From assembly GCA_016196885.1 (NCBI GenBank), contig JACPWU010000026.1:10082-42081 (forward strand): DNA of 32,000 nt, in the 5' to 3' direction. The notes below the pieces were generated by a model, which was given only the letters and a program-made list of their open reading frames with translations, ran no database searches and was not told the origin of the DNA. How positions within the stretch are numbered: position 1 is the first letter of the stretch; each line of letters opens with the position of its first letter. The position numbers and the translations under genes were made by a program. Shown here in pieces: positions 23,823-31,766 of the stretch. The stretch is from Chlamydiota bacterium (GTDB lineage: Bacteria > Auribacterota > JACPWU01).

Positions 23823-23939
23823 GATTTTTTGACATTTTTTTGTTTTTTCGTGTCTTTATCTATGGTAGACTCGAGCCACATCTTGCTTTCTAAGGGGATG
23901 GATTCATAACATTAACATCAGCGCCGGAAGGGGGCACTC

Positions 23940-24536
23940 ATGATGCGTGGATTCTTCTTTTCCTTGTCTTTAATTTTATCTCTCTCGTTCGTTCCTCAAC
24001 TGTTTGCCGTTTCTCAACTATTTGCAGACAAACTTGTTCTGACCGATTTTAACACTGGAGAAAAAACGTCAGAGAATGTTTGGGATTTTGGGGGATGGGA
24101 TAGAGGTCAAGATTTTCCAAACCAGTCTTGTGTTCAGAGCTTTGAGGCGGATCAAAGGTATGGTGAAACGGGATTAAGTCTGCGACTGGATTATGATGTG
24201 GAAGATAGAGCACCTGCTTACAATGGTTTTTGGATGAAGTTGAAGGACCTTGACTTGTCTAAATCTAAGTACCTCAACTTTTGTGTGAAAGGGGATGCTC
24301 AAAAAGGTTTTCCGAAGGTGATCAAATTGGAGTTGAAGAATGGGACAGAGGTCGGTCGTTATCTTTACACAGAAGTGAGTGGAGATTGGAAACAAGCCAA
24401 GGTTGCTCTGGCTGATTTTAAAGGTTTGAAGGATTGGACGACCATGACGGAGTTTGTTATTGTTTTCGATGATATGAATTCCAAACCGAAAGTCGGGACT
24501 CTTTTTGTTGATGAAATTGCGTTTACAACCGAGTAA
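23940..24536 (+). CDS. Secreted stand-alone CBM-like beta-sandwich protein (paralogous to the N-termini of the three downstream enzymes)
   Basis: Signal peptide. Shares LSLRLDYDV...NGFWMKL...LDLSKSKYLNFCVKGD...GFP..IKLELK...W...V.L.DF....DW....EFVIVFDD......GTLFVDEIAF with ORFs 24540, 26762 and 29267(-). The pattern resembles CBM11/CIA30-type modules (inference). Confidence 0.7.
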   Translation: MMRGFFFSLSLILSLSFVPQLFAVSQLFADKLVLTDFNTGEKTSENVWDFGGWDRGQDFPNQSCVQSFEADQRYGETGLSLRLDYDVEDRAPAYNGFWMKLKDLDLSKSKYLNFCVKGDAQKGFPKVIKLELKNGTEVGRYLYTEVSGDWKQAKVALADFKGLKDWTTMTEFVIVFDDMNSKPKVGTLFVDEIAFTTE

Positions 24537-24539
24537 TCA

Positions 24540-26564
24540 GTGTCGTGGTTAAAAAGTTTTCTTATCTTTTTTCTGGCCTTTTTGTTTTCTCCTCAATTTG
24601 GCCGATCTGAGGGCTCGTCTCTTTTGATCCATAATTTCGATCAGGGCGAGCTCTCTAATCCTTTTGGGGGAGGAAGCGGGGCCTGGATTCTCAATCCCGA
24701 TGATGGGAATCAGTCTTGCAATGTCTCTTTGGATACCGAGATGAGACATGGTGAGAGGGGATTCTCATTAAAGTTGGACTATGATTTAGACTCTCCCGTT
24801 CAGGCTCAAGGTGGCTTCTGGACCCAACTCCTGGGCCAAGACTTGTCTAGCTATGACCATCTTCAATTTTTCGTTCGCGGCGATCCTCAGGCCGGTTTCT
24901 CCCATCGCTTTCGTATCGAATTTAAAAAGTCCAAAAATGAGAGAGGTGTTGAAAAATTAGTGGGGAGTTTCACGGTGGAGGGAGTCAGTGGCAGTTGGCA
25001 AGAGGTTAGCATTCCTCTCTCTAAGATGACAGGAATTCTGGATTGGAAGGATATTGAGGAATTGGTGATTGTTCTTAAAGATCGCCTGAATACGGATGCT
25101 AAAAAAGGAACGCTTTATTTTGATGATTTCCGATTGGTAACGACCGGGGATCGGGGTCCCGGCATTTCAGATCCTATTCCCAAGACGATAGAGAAGGCGT
25201 CCGATAAAGTCGAAGGCGTTGAAAGAGCAAAGGTATTAATCAACCGCCTCTACGGTTTCCCGAAGGAGGTTTTGCCGAAAAGGTCTTTTTCTGAAGATGA
25301 CAATGCCTTTTTAAGGCAAGTGGCCCAGGATACCTGGGGTTATTTTAGAGACATGGTGGACGAGGAAAGTGGTTTACCTCTCGATAATTTTTTCTTTCCC
25401 AAAGAGGCGTTGCTCAGTTCCAAAACTTTTATTGGGGACTATACCAATGTGACCAATGTTGGACTTTATCTGATGTGCGTGGTGGCTGGGATGGATTTTG
25501 GATTTATTCAAAAAGAAAAAGCTGTTCAGAGAATTTCTAAAGTTTTGGATACCGTAGAACGTTTAGAGTCCTATCATGGGTTTCTTTACAATTATTATGA
25601 TACGACCACGCAGGAGAGGACCAGCAATTTCGTTAGTTATGTAGATGAAGGGTGGCTCACCATCGGAATGATCGTGGTTAAAAACGCTCTTCCAAACGAA
25701 TTCAAAGAACGCTGCGAAAACTTGATTGGGCAAAGGAATTTTTCCTTTTTCTATGATCCCGTCGAAGGTCAAATGTTTCATGGTTTTTATACGAATGCGG
25801 GCGTGTACGCCGAATATCATTATGGAGCCTTTTATACAGAGCCCCGTGCGATCAGCTTTATGACAATCGGCCGAGGGCAGGCTCCGGATGAACATTGGTT
25901 CATGATGGCAAGAACTTTTCCCGAATCTTACACTTGGCAGACACAGGTCCCCCAAAATCGCGTGAAGAAGGAGGTTTTAGGTCATTCTTTTTATGGCGGG
26001 TATTATACTTATCGGGATATTCCTCTGGTGCCCAGTTGGGGAGGGAGTCTCTTTGAGGCTTTGATGCCGACGATGGTGATTGATGAAAAAAATTTGGCGC
26101 CGCAGGGGTTGGGCCTCAATGATGAGCGTCATGTGGAATGCCATATTCTTTACGCGAAAGAGGATTTGAAATACCCGGTGTGGGGCATGTCTCCTTGCTC
26201 TATCCCTCCAGGGGATGGTTATTCGGAGTATGGAATGCCGAACCTCGGCTTGAAGGGTTACGGACCGGGGGTGGTGACCCCTCACGTAACGTTTCTGTCT
26301 TTAGAATTTGCACCTCAAAAGGCTGTAGAGAATTTAAGAAAAATGATCGAGCTTTATCCTATTTATGGGGAATATGGTTTTTACGATGCTGTAGATGTGA
26401 AGACGGGAACGGTTTCTTATAAATATCTTTGTTTGGATCAGGCCATGAGTTTCATTGCGTTGGACAATGCCTTGAATGAAGGGGCGATCCGCAAAAGGTT
26501 TATGGCCGATCCTTTGACTGAGAAGCCGAAGAAGTTTTTAAAGGAAGAGAAGTTTTTTGATTGA
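24540..26564 (+). CDS. Secreted CBM-like module fused to a glucoamylase-like/DUF3131-like (alpha/alpha)6 domain
   Basis: GTG start 3 nt after the upstream stop; signal peptide. N-terminal module LKLDYDLDSP..GGFWTQL..YDHLQFFVRGD..GF..RFRIEFK...GTLYFDDFRL. The C-terminal region has YTNVTNVGLYLMC, GFLYNYYD and SWGGSLFEALMPTMVIDE. The last resembles the (S/G)GSMFE.LMP block that I recall from beta-1,2-glucan-active enzymes. Confidence 0.65.
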   Translation: MSWLKSFLIFFLAFLFSPQFGRSEGSSLLIHNFDQGELSNPFGGGSGAWILNPDDGNQSCNVSLDTEMRHGERGFSLKLDYDLDSPVQAQGGFWTQLLGQDLSSYDHLQFFVRGDPQAGFSHRFRIEFKKSKNERGVEKLVGSFTVEGVSGSWQEVSIPLSKMTGILDWKDIEELVIVLKDRLNTDAKKGTLYFDDFRLVTTGDRGPGISDPIPKTIEKASDKVEGVERAKVLINRLYGFPKEVLPKRSFSEDDNAFLRQVAQDTWGYFRDMVDEESGLPLDNFFFPKEALLSSKTFIGDYTNVTNVGLYLMCVVAGMDFGFIQKEKAVQRISKVLDTVERLESYHGFLYNYYDTTTQERTSNFVSYVDEGWLTIGMIVVKNALPNEFKERCENLIGQRNFSFFYDPVEGQMFHGFYTNAGVYAEYHYGAFYTEPRAISFMTIGRGQAPDEHWFMMARTFPESYTWQTQVPQNRVKKEVLGHSFYGGYYTYRDIPLVPSWGGSLFEALMPTMVIDEKNLAPQGLGLNDERHVECHILYAKEDLKYPVWGMSPCSIPPGDGYSEYGMPNLGLKGYGPGVVTPHVTFLSLEFAPQKAVENLRKMIELYPIYGEYGFYDAVDVKTGTVSYKYLCLDQAMSFIALDNALNEGAIRKRFMADPLTEKPKKFLKEEKFFD

Positions 26565-26611
26565 TACAAACGCGTTAAGTACAGTTACAAAAATGCTGTT
26601 ATTCCCGAAGG

Positions 26612-26698
26612 TTCCCCGATTTAAACATTCGGGAACATGTTTAAGCGGGAATCCAGATTTTTGGAACTGTATGGATCCCCGATTAAAACACTCGGGGA
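26612..26698 (+). repeat. Two related hairpins: TTCCCCGA-tttaaaca-TTCGGGAA and TCCCCGA-ttaaaacac-TCGGGGA
   Basis: Direct reading: 26612-26635 and 26676-26698. An upstream ATTCCCGAA (26601-26609) can pair with TTCGGGAA (26628-26635) instead. They lie in the gap between two glycoside-hydrolase-like genes. Confidence 0.7.
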
Positions 26699-26761
26699 TG
26701 ACAAAAACAGTGTCATAACGTATACTGCATTTGTATGCTAGATCTTTAAGGAGCATGGATC

Positions 26762-29014
26762 ATGTTGAAACTTATCAGTTTCCTATTTTTCTTTTTCTTA
26801 TCCCTATTCTCTTTTGCCCAGGACGAGGGACAAAAGGTTTTGGTGCTCAATGATTTTGATCGGGGTTTTCGTTTCAATCTTTTAAAGGGGTTGCAAGGCG
26901 GTGATGGAGAAGAACCGGGTCTTTGTATGCCAGGGATGGGTTATGAAAAAGAAGGAGATTCGGGCCTGACGGGTGAGAATTTAAAACTTTCCTACAATGT
27001 GAAGGCGGGCGGGAGTTATTCTTTTTTTTGGATGAAGCTGGGCCCTTTTTTGAAAGGGATGGAGGGACCGACCCGCGCCTTGGATCTTTCGGATTATCAT
27101 TATTTGAGCTTTTGGGTGAAGGGAGAAGAAGGCAAAGAGCGATTTAAAATTGAAATCCATCAAGATTCCGATGGGGATGGAATTTATGTTGCAGGGAAGG
27201 ACATTTCAGGCTTTGTGTATGTGGATGCTTATTTAATCCATGGAGTGGGCAAGCACTGGTCGAAGGTGACTATTGCGCTCTCGGATTTTAGGAGAGTCAC
27301 CGATTGGAAAAATATTCTTGAACTGGTTTTTACTTTTGAGAATTTTGCAAATGTTCATAAGATGGGAGCCATTTATGTAGACGATCTTGTTTTTGGAACC
27401 TTTCAAGGAGTGGAAAAAGATCCGCCTGGAGATTTTCCCTTTGCCCTGATGAGGGATTCCCTGAAAGTAGAGGGTTCTTTATTAAAGGAGGGTTCCGAGC
27501 TTTCCTCTTTGAAAGAAGGTTCTCTTTCTCTCTCGGGTCATCTTCCCTCTTTCGAATCTCTTCGGTGGATGATTTCTTATGATGGTGTTTCCTGGCAGAC
27601 TTTGGGGAAGGCCTTTTCTTCAGGTGATCTGGAGGTGACAACCTCTCTGGATGATTCGAGGATTGATCGCACCCGGAGTTTTATGCTAAGTGTTTTGGCC
27701 TTCGATGCGAAGGGGCATTTGGTTTCTCTTGAGAAGCCTATCAAAGACTTGAAGTTGAAAGAGAAGAACGACGAGCAATTTTTAGATGAGCTTGAGAAAA
27801 AAACCTTTCAATATTTTTGGGATCATGCGAGTCGAGAGACGGGACTCATTCTCGATGCGAGCCACAATGATTTTGCAAGTATTGCGGCGACGGGCTTTGG
27901 AATTTCCGCCTATTGCGTTGGAGTTGAGCGAGGCTGGGTCCCGAAGGAAGAGGCCCAGGGGAGAGTTGAGAAGCTTCTCGATACCTTGCTCAACAGGGCT
28001 GAAAGTAAATCCGGATTCTTTTATCATTTTCTCGATATGAATGATGCGAGCCGCTTTGGCGGTTGTGAAATTTCTGTGGTGGATACGGCGATTCTCATGT
28101 GGGGGCTTTTAACGGCGGAGGAATATTTTGGGGGCAAGATCCAGGAAAAGGTTGAAAAAATTTATGAAAAAATTGCTTGGCAGGATTTTTTGGTAAAAGA
28201 TCCTCAAGACATTCATTACAATATTTTTAAAATGGGATGGCTTCCAGAGGGCGGACCCGAGGGGCAATTTTTAGATGCCTATTGGGATTATTATTCGGAT
28301 GAGGCGATTTTGATCAGCTTACTTGCCTTAGGTTCATCCACTCATTCTGTGGAGCCAGAGGTTTTCTATGCTTGGAAGCGTGAGAAGGCTTCTTATCCAG
28401 AAGGGGGATCCTCCTTTGTGCAAGCCTGGAGCGGAGGTCTTTTTGCTTATCAATATGCACATGATTGGATTGATTTTAGAAATCGGGTAGATCGTGCGGG
28501 TGTTGATTGGTGGAAAAATTCGGTAGATGCCACAGTGGCGAATCGTCAATATTGCATCGACCAAATGGGAAAGTTTAAAAGTTACAGCCCTTACAGTTGG
28601 GGGGTTACTTCGATGGCCTGTCCCAATGTGAATGAGATCGGTGGATGGACCCAGGTGAGCGAGGATTATACGATGAATTATGGGACCTTGCCATGCGGTA
28701 CGGGTTTTCCCCTGCAAGATGGAACGGTGGGTCCTTCGGGGCCGGCAGGGTCTCTCGCCTTTTTGCCAGAACAGGTGATCCCCACTTTGCGCCACATGGT
28801 GATGGAGCATCCCGAGGTGTGGGGAGAATATGGTTTTCGCTCCTCTTATAATGTAGATTTAAATTGGTTTTCAACGAGCTATTATGGGATTGATTTGGGG
28901 GCGAGTTTATTGGCGATTGAAAATCATCGCAGTGGGCTTGTTTGGAAACTAATCATGAAAAATCCTCATGTCGTGGCGGCCCTCAAGAAGGCGGGGTTTA
29001 AGGAAAGGACTTAG
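26762..29014 (+). CDS. Secreted CBM-like module plus middle beta-rich region plus GH144-like (putative glucoamylase, PF10091-type) domain
   Basis: Signal peptide. N-terminal module NLKLSYNV..FFWMKL..YHYLSFWVKGE..RFKIEIH...GAIYVDDLVF. The catalytic region has TFQYFWDHASRETGLILD, ASIAATGFGISAYCVGVERGWV, GFFYHFLDM, EISVVDTAILMWGLLTAEEYF and WGEYGF, as in the glucoamylase-like/beta-1,2-glucanase family. Confidence 0.7.
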   Translation: MLKLISFLFFFFLSLFSFAQDEGQKVLVLNDFDRGFRFNLLKGLQGGDGEEPGLCMPGMGYEKEGDSGLTGENLKLSYNVKAGGSYSFFWMKLGPFLKGMEGPTRALDLSDYHYLSFWVKGEEGKERFKIEIHQDSDGDGIYVAGKDISGFVYVDAYLIHGVGKHWSKVTIALSDFRRVTDWKNILELVFTFENFANVHKMGAIYVDDLVFGTFQGVEKDPPGDFPFALMRDSLKVEGSLLKEGSELSSLKEGSLSLSGHLPSFESLRWMISYDGVSWQTLGKAFSSGDLEVTTSLDDSRIDRTRSFMLSVLAFDAKGHLVSLEKPIKDLKLKEKNDEQFLDELEKKTFQYFWDHASRETGLILDASHNDFASIAATGFGISAYCVGVERGWVPKEEAQGRVEKLLDTLLNRAESKSGFFYHFLDMNDASRFGGCEISVVDTAILMWGLLTAEEYFGGKIQEKVEKIYEKIAWQDFLVKDPQDIHYNIFKMGWLPEGGPEGQFLDAYWDYYSDEAILISLLALGSSTHSVEPEVFYAWKREKASYPEGGSSFVQAWSGGLFAYQYAHDWIDFRNRVDRAGVDWWKNSVDATVANRQYCIDQMGKFKSYSPYSWGVTSMACPNVNEIGGWTQVSEDYTMNYGTLPCGTGFPLQDGTVGPSGPAGSLAFLPEQVIPTLRHMVMEHPEVWGEYGFRSSYNVDLNWFSTSYYGIDLGASLLAIENHRSGLVWKLIMKNPHVVAALKKAGFKERT

Positions 29015-29073
29015 CCCGCATTTCATCTGAAAATAGTCTTTACTCTTTCTTATACAATGACTCATGATGACTT

Positions 29074-29145
29074 GTAGTCGCCCGATTTATCGGGCAATGC
29101 CCAATGCCCCAATGTCATAGACCGCCCCATAAATGGGGCGACTAC
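29074..29145 (+). repeat. REP-doublet element, copy 2 (28-nt insert between the two REP hairpins)
   Basis: GTAGTC GCCCGAtttaTCGGGC [aatgcccaatgccccaatgtcatagacc] GCCCCAtaaaTGGGGC GACTAC. It lies in the convergent gap between the two GH144-like genes. Confidence 0.85.
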
Positions 29146-29266
29146 AAGGGTGCAGACGAGGCGGAATCGGCGTTCGCAGCAGAAATGTGATGAGAAATGC
29201 GGGCTAGCCCTCATAACCCCTTCATTATGACTCAGATCAGCCGAGTCGAGTCGGGGGGGAATTACA

Positions 29267-31210
29267 TCACATGGATCTTGCAGCATCTCTGTGAAACTTC
29301 GCTCTTGTCATCCCTCTTTGAATGGCGGGATGGGCTGTCATGTGTTTCCAAACCGTTTCATCCTCGAAATTTTCAATCATGAGTATCATGATCCCTTCGT
29401 CGATTCCAACATATTCTGACGAATACCAGTTTTTATCGACATTGTAGGCGCTGGTGGGTCCGTAAGGGCCCCAAATTTTTTCCCCCTGTTCGTAGAGCAT
29501 GTGGCGGAATGTCTGTAAAACAATTTTGGGTTCTAGAGGGAGGGATGCGATCACCGCATAGGGAGTGAGGGTTCCATCCTGGGACTTTTCTTGGGCTCCA
29601 TAGGCTCGATAACCCTGTGGCCCATCGGAGGCTGAAAGTCCCCATCCCCAGGGTCCATAACCCTTGTGTTCGTTTTGATGTGTGATGCAAAAATTGCGAT
29701 TGGAAATCACCGCCTTTTGGGCATTGGCCCAATAGTTGAGGTCACCCTCTTTTTGATTTCTTAAATCGATGAAGGCCTGTGTGTAGAGTTGAGTGAAAAG
29801 CGAATGATTCGGGTCAGAAATGAATTTTAGATCTTGATCTTGGGTCCATTCCCTTTTCCATTGTGACCAGGCCGAAGGGGGGAGGGGGTGTGTGGGAGAT
29901 CCCATCGCCAAAAGATAAAGCATCATTTCCTCAGCGGTCATATTCCATACTGCAGATCCCTCGAAATCTCTTTCGGGGGTCCACTCCATGAAAAGAAGTC
30001 CTTGAGGGTTCTTGCTCATCCAAGGCCATTCGACGCGTTCATAAATTTTTTGGGCGAGGCTTTCAATTTCTGTCCCTTTGAAATATTCGCCTGCAAAGAG
30101 AACACCTGAGATTAAAAGGGCTGTGTCCATGGAGGAAACTTCCGAGTTTCCCCATCGCTTTGCCCTTTGAGGTGTAAGAAAGTGGTAGAAATATCCATGC
30201 TCTTGGGCGGCGTTGTCGTTGAGCGTCTTCAATATTCTTAATATTTTTTGATAGGCCTCGGGACGGCTGAGCCAGCCGTGTTTTTCTCCAAGCGAGTAGG
30301 CGACCAACCCAAATCCTGTTGCAGCAATGCTGATGGGTGACCCAGACGTGCTTCGGTCTTTGATAAGGCCTGTTGGGAAATCCACCTCTTTCAAGAAGTA
30401 ATCGAATATTTTTCTCTGGAGAAAGGTCGCGAGTTCCTGATTTGTCATCTCCAGCATTTCAATGACTTGCTCATTGGTTTCTTGACGATTTAAGCGTTTT
30501 TGCTCTTCGAAGAGTGCTTGGGGTCCGACCAGGGCGATGTCATCAAAATAAAGAGTTCCAGTTCTAGGTTTGGCAACACGATCTTCAAAAACAATGGTTA
30601 ATTCGTCCGCTTGAAAAGAGTCAGGTAAACACGAAAATTTTTTGAGAGGAATAACGATTTCCTGCCATTGATCTTGGATGTTGTATATATAAGTGGAGAA
30701 GATCTTCGAGGAATTTTTCAGTTCTATCTTAAAGCTGCGTGTGAATCCTTCCTGGCGGTCTCCCTTGACCCGAAATCTGATTTCCTCGAAGCATTTGAGC
30801 TCTAGGTTAGAGAGTGAAGTCCAAAATCCATTGTAGCCACCTCGTGGGGAGTCTACATCGTAGTGAAGTCTCAGAACCTTGTTCTTGGTTTCGGGATGCT
30901 CAGGATCGTAAACAATAGCTTCGACGCATTCCTCGTCATTGTTTTGGGGATCTTTGTCCCAGGTTCCAGAGCTTCCTCCTAAATGGTTGAGCCTTGAGCC
31001 CATATCGAAGTCGTCAATCACAAGGCGCACATGCATGGGATCTTGGGCCCTGAGGGGAGGAGACGAATGGAGGGATTCAAAAGTTTCAGATGATTTTAAG
31101 GAGGGATGTTTAAGGGATGATTCATTGGGATTGAATTCTAATTCTAATTCACCCCACGCAACATGAGAAATAAAAACAAGAGATGTCAGAAAAGCGAGAT
31201 ACGTTTTCAC
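29267..31210 (-). CDS. Secreted CBM-like module plus GH144-like (putative glucoamylase, PF10091-type) domain
   Basis: GTG start with AAGGAG upstream; signal peptide MKTYLAFLTSLVFISHVAWG. N-terminal module LRLHYDVDSPRGGYNGFWTSL..FEEIRFRVKGD..GF..SFKIELK...GTLYFDDIAL. The catalytic region is paralogous to ORF 26762 (IFDYFLKEVDFPTGLIKD, ISIAATGFGLVAYSLGEKHGWL, GYFYHFL, EVSSMDTALLISGVLFAGEYF, WGPYGP). Confidence 0.7.
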   Translation of the reverse strand: MKTYLAFLTSLVFISHVAWGELELEFNPNESSLKHPSLKSSETFESLHSSPPLRAQDPMHVRLVIDDFDMGSRLNHLGGSSGTWDKDPQNNDEECVEAIVYDPEHPETKNKVLRLHYDVDSPRGGYNGFWTSLSNLELKCFEEIRFRVKGDRQEGFTRSFKIELKNSSKIFSTYIYNIQDQWQEIVIPLKKFSCLPDSFQADELTIVFEDRVAKPRTGTLYFDDIALVGPQALFEEQKRLNRQETNEQVIEMLEMTNQELATFLQRKIFDYFLKEVDFPTGLIKDRSTSGSPISIAATGFGLVAYSLGEKHGWLSRPEAYQKILRILKTLNDNAAQEHGYFYHFLTPQRAKRWGNSEVSSMDTALLISGVLFAGEYFKGTEIESLAQKIYERVEWPWMSKNPQGLLFMEWTPERDFEGSAVWNMTAEEMMLYLLAMGSPTHPLPPSAWSQWKREWTQDQDLKFISDPNHSLFTQLYTQAFIDLRNQKEGDLNYWANAQKAVISNRNFCITHQNEHKGYGPWGWGLSASDGPQGYRAYGAQEKSQDGTLTPYAVIASLPLEPKIVLQTFRHMLYEQGEKIWGPYGPTSAYNVDKNWYSSEYVGIDEGIMILMIENFEDETVWKHMTAHPAIQRGMTRAKFHRDAARSM

Positions 31211-31351
31211 AAGGTGTCAGGCTCCTTTAAGTTTTTAACTGTAAAGTTTGCCTTCCTCGTTCACCTTGTTTTGCTATCAATGTGGATCTCGAAAATATCT
31301 TTTTCCCCTCAGACTGTCCGAAAATTCCCTCCCCCTTGTGGGGAGGGTTTT

Positions 31352-31396
31352 GTAGTCGCCCCATTTATGGGGCTGCCCGATGAATCGGGCGACTAC
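31352..31396 (-). repeat. REP-doublet element, copy 3 (inverted orientation)
   Basis: GTAGTC GCCCCAtttaTGGGGC T GCCCGAtgaaTCGGGC GACTAC is the exact reverse complement of the copy-1 core. It is preceded by the hairpin CCCTCCCC cttgt GGGGAGGG (31327-31347). Confidence 0.85.
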
Positions 31397-31419
31397 ACAA
31401 GCTTGAACGAGAGAGAGGA

Positions 31420-31454
31420 ATCCAACATCCATCATCCATGATCCATCATCCACT
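31420..31454. repeat. Tandem heptamer tract ATCCAAC ATCCATC ATCCATG ATCCATC ATCCACT (one-armed)
   Basis: Direct reading, adjacent to REP-doublet copy 3. Confidence 0.85.
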
Positions 31455-31620
31455 TTCACAACAAGAGGGGAATACAAGGAATCTAAAAATCATTTATCAA
31501 TTTCGAGATTCACGTTATAAAAGAAAAAAACTCATTCCCCTGATTGGTTTTTTCTCTGATGCCAATGTCATTAGGTGGTATGCCTTTCAGGTGAATGAGC
31601 CTTGAAAATAAGCCTAAAAT

Positions 31621-31657
31621 AAAAAAAGCCTATTCTCGACAATGAATAGGCTTTTTT
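31621..31657. terminator. Bidirectional rho-independent terminator
   Basis: A7 - GCCTATTC tcgacaat GAATAGGC - T6. It most plausibly ends the minus-strand transcript coming from the truncated methyltransferase gene. Confidence 0.75.
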
Positions 31658-31713
31658 GCACCTCTAACGGCAGCTGACTGCCCCGACGTTACATCAGGGC
31701 TCTTAAGCTTTGC

Positions 31714-31732
31714 GTCGCCCGATTACTCGGGC
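31714..31732 (+). repeat. REP singlet (half copy)
   Basis: GTC GCCCGAttacTCGGGC has the same stem as the first hairpin of the REP doublet. The GTAG head has degenerated to GCG and the second hairpin is absent. Confidence 0.6.
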
Positions 31733-31766
31733 TTTGCCTTGATCATTAGAGAATCAAAACCAAAAA

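Noticed and set aside
23829-23866. TTGACA at 23829-23834 as a promoter for the CBM-like gene cluster.
   Set aside because: No acceptable -10 hexamer lies at 16-19 nt spacing. The nearest TATGGT/TAGACT-like hexamers are more than 25 nt away. The real promoter may lie elsewhere, or the cluster may be co-transcribed with the PGI-like gene.
26538-26756. Minus-strand ORF with the internal repeat PECFNRGS / PECLNRGT.
   Set aside because: The repeat is the translation of the two related hairpins at 26612-26698. The ORF spans an intergenic gap antisense to the operon direction and lacks an RBS.
2239-28810. Long antisense or overlapping ORFs inside well-supported genes, for example 2239-2727(-), 2636-3061(+), 4279-4746(-), 8164-8667(-), 9042-9407(-), 16137-16676(-), 19938-20408(-), 21648-22088(-), 25563-25955(-) and 28334-28810(-).
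   Set aside because: Each is fully embedded in a CDS with strong family motifs on the other strand or in another frame. The products are compositionally odd (rich in R/P/H/K) and lack start-site signals.
5194-31732. Recurring palindromic repeats as a possible CRISPR array.
   Set aside because: The copies are kilobases apart with no regular repeat-spacer periodicity, and no cas genes are present.
31660-31766. Possible SRP or 6S-like small RNA on the minus strand, ending at the 31621-31657 terminator. It includes a GCCCGA-GUAA-UCGGGC hairpin with a GNRA loop.
   Set aside because: There is no GGAA/AGCA helix-8 SRP motif and no 6S-like bubble architecture. The hairpin is better explained as a REP singlet. 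An sRNA cannot be fully excluded.
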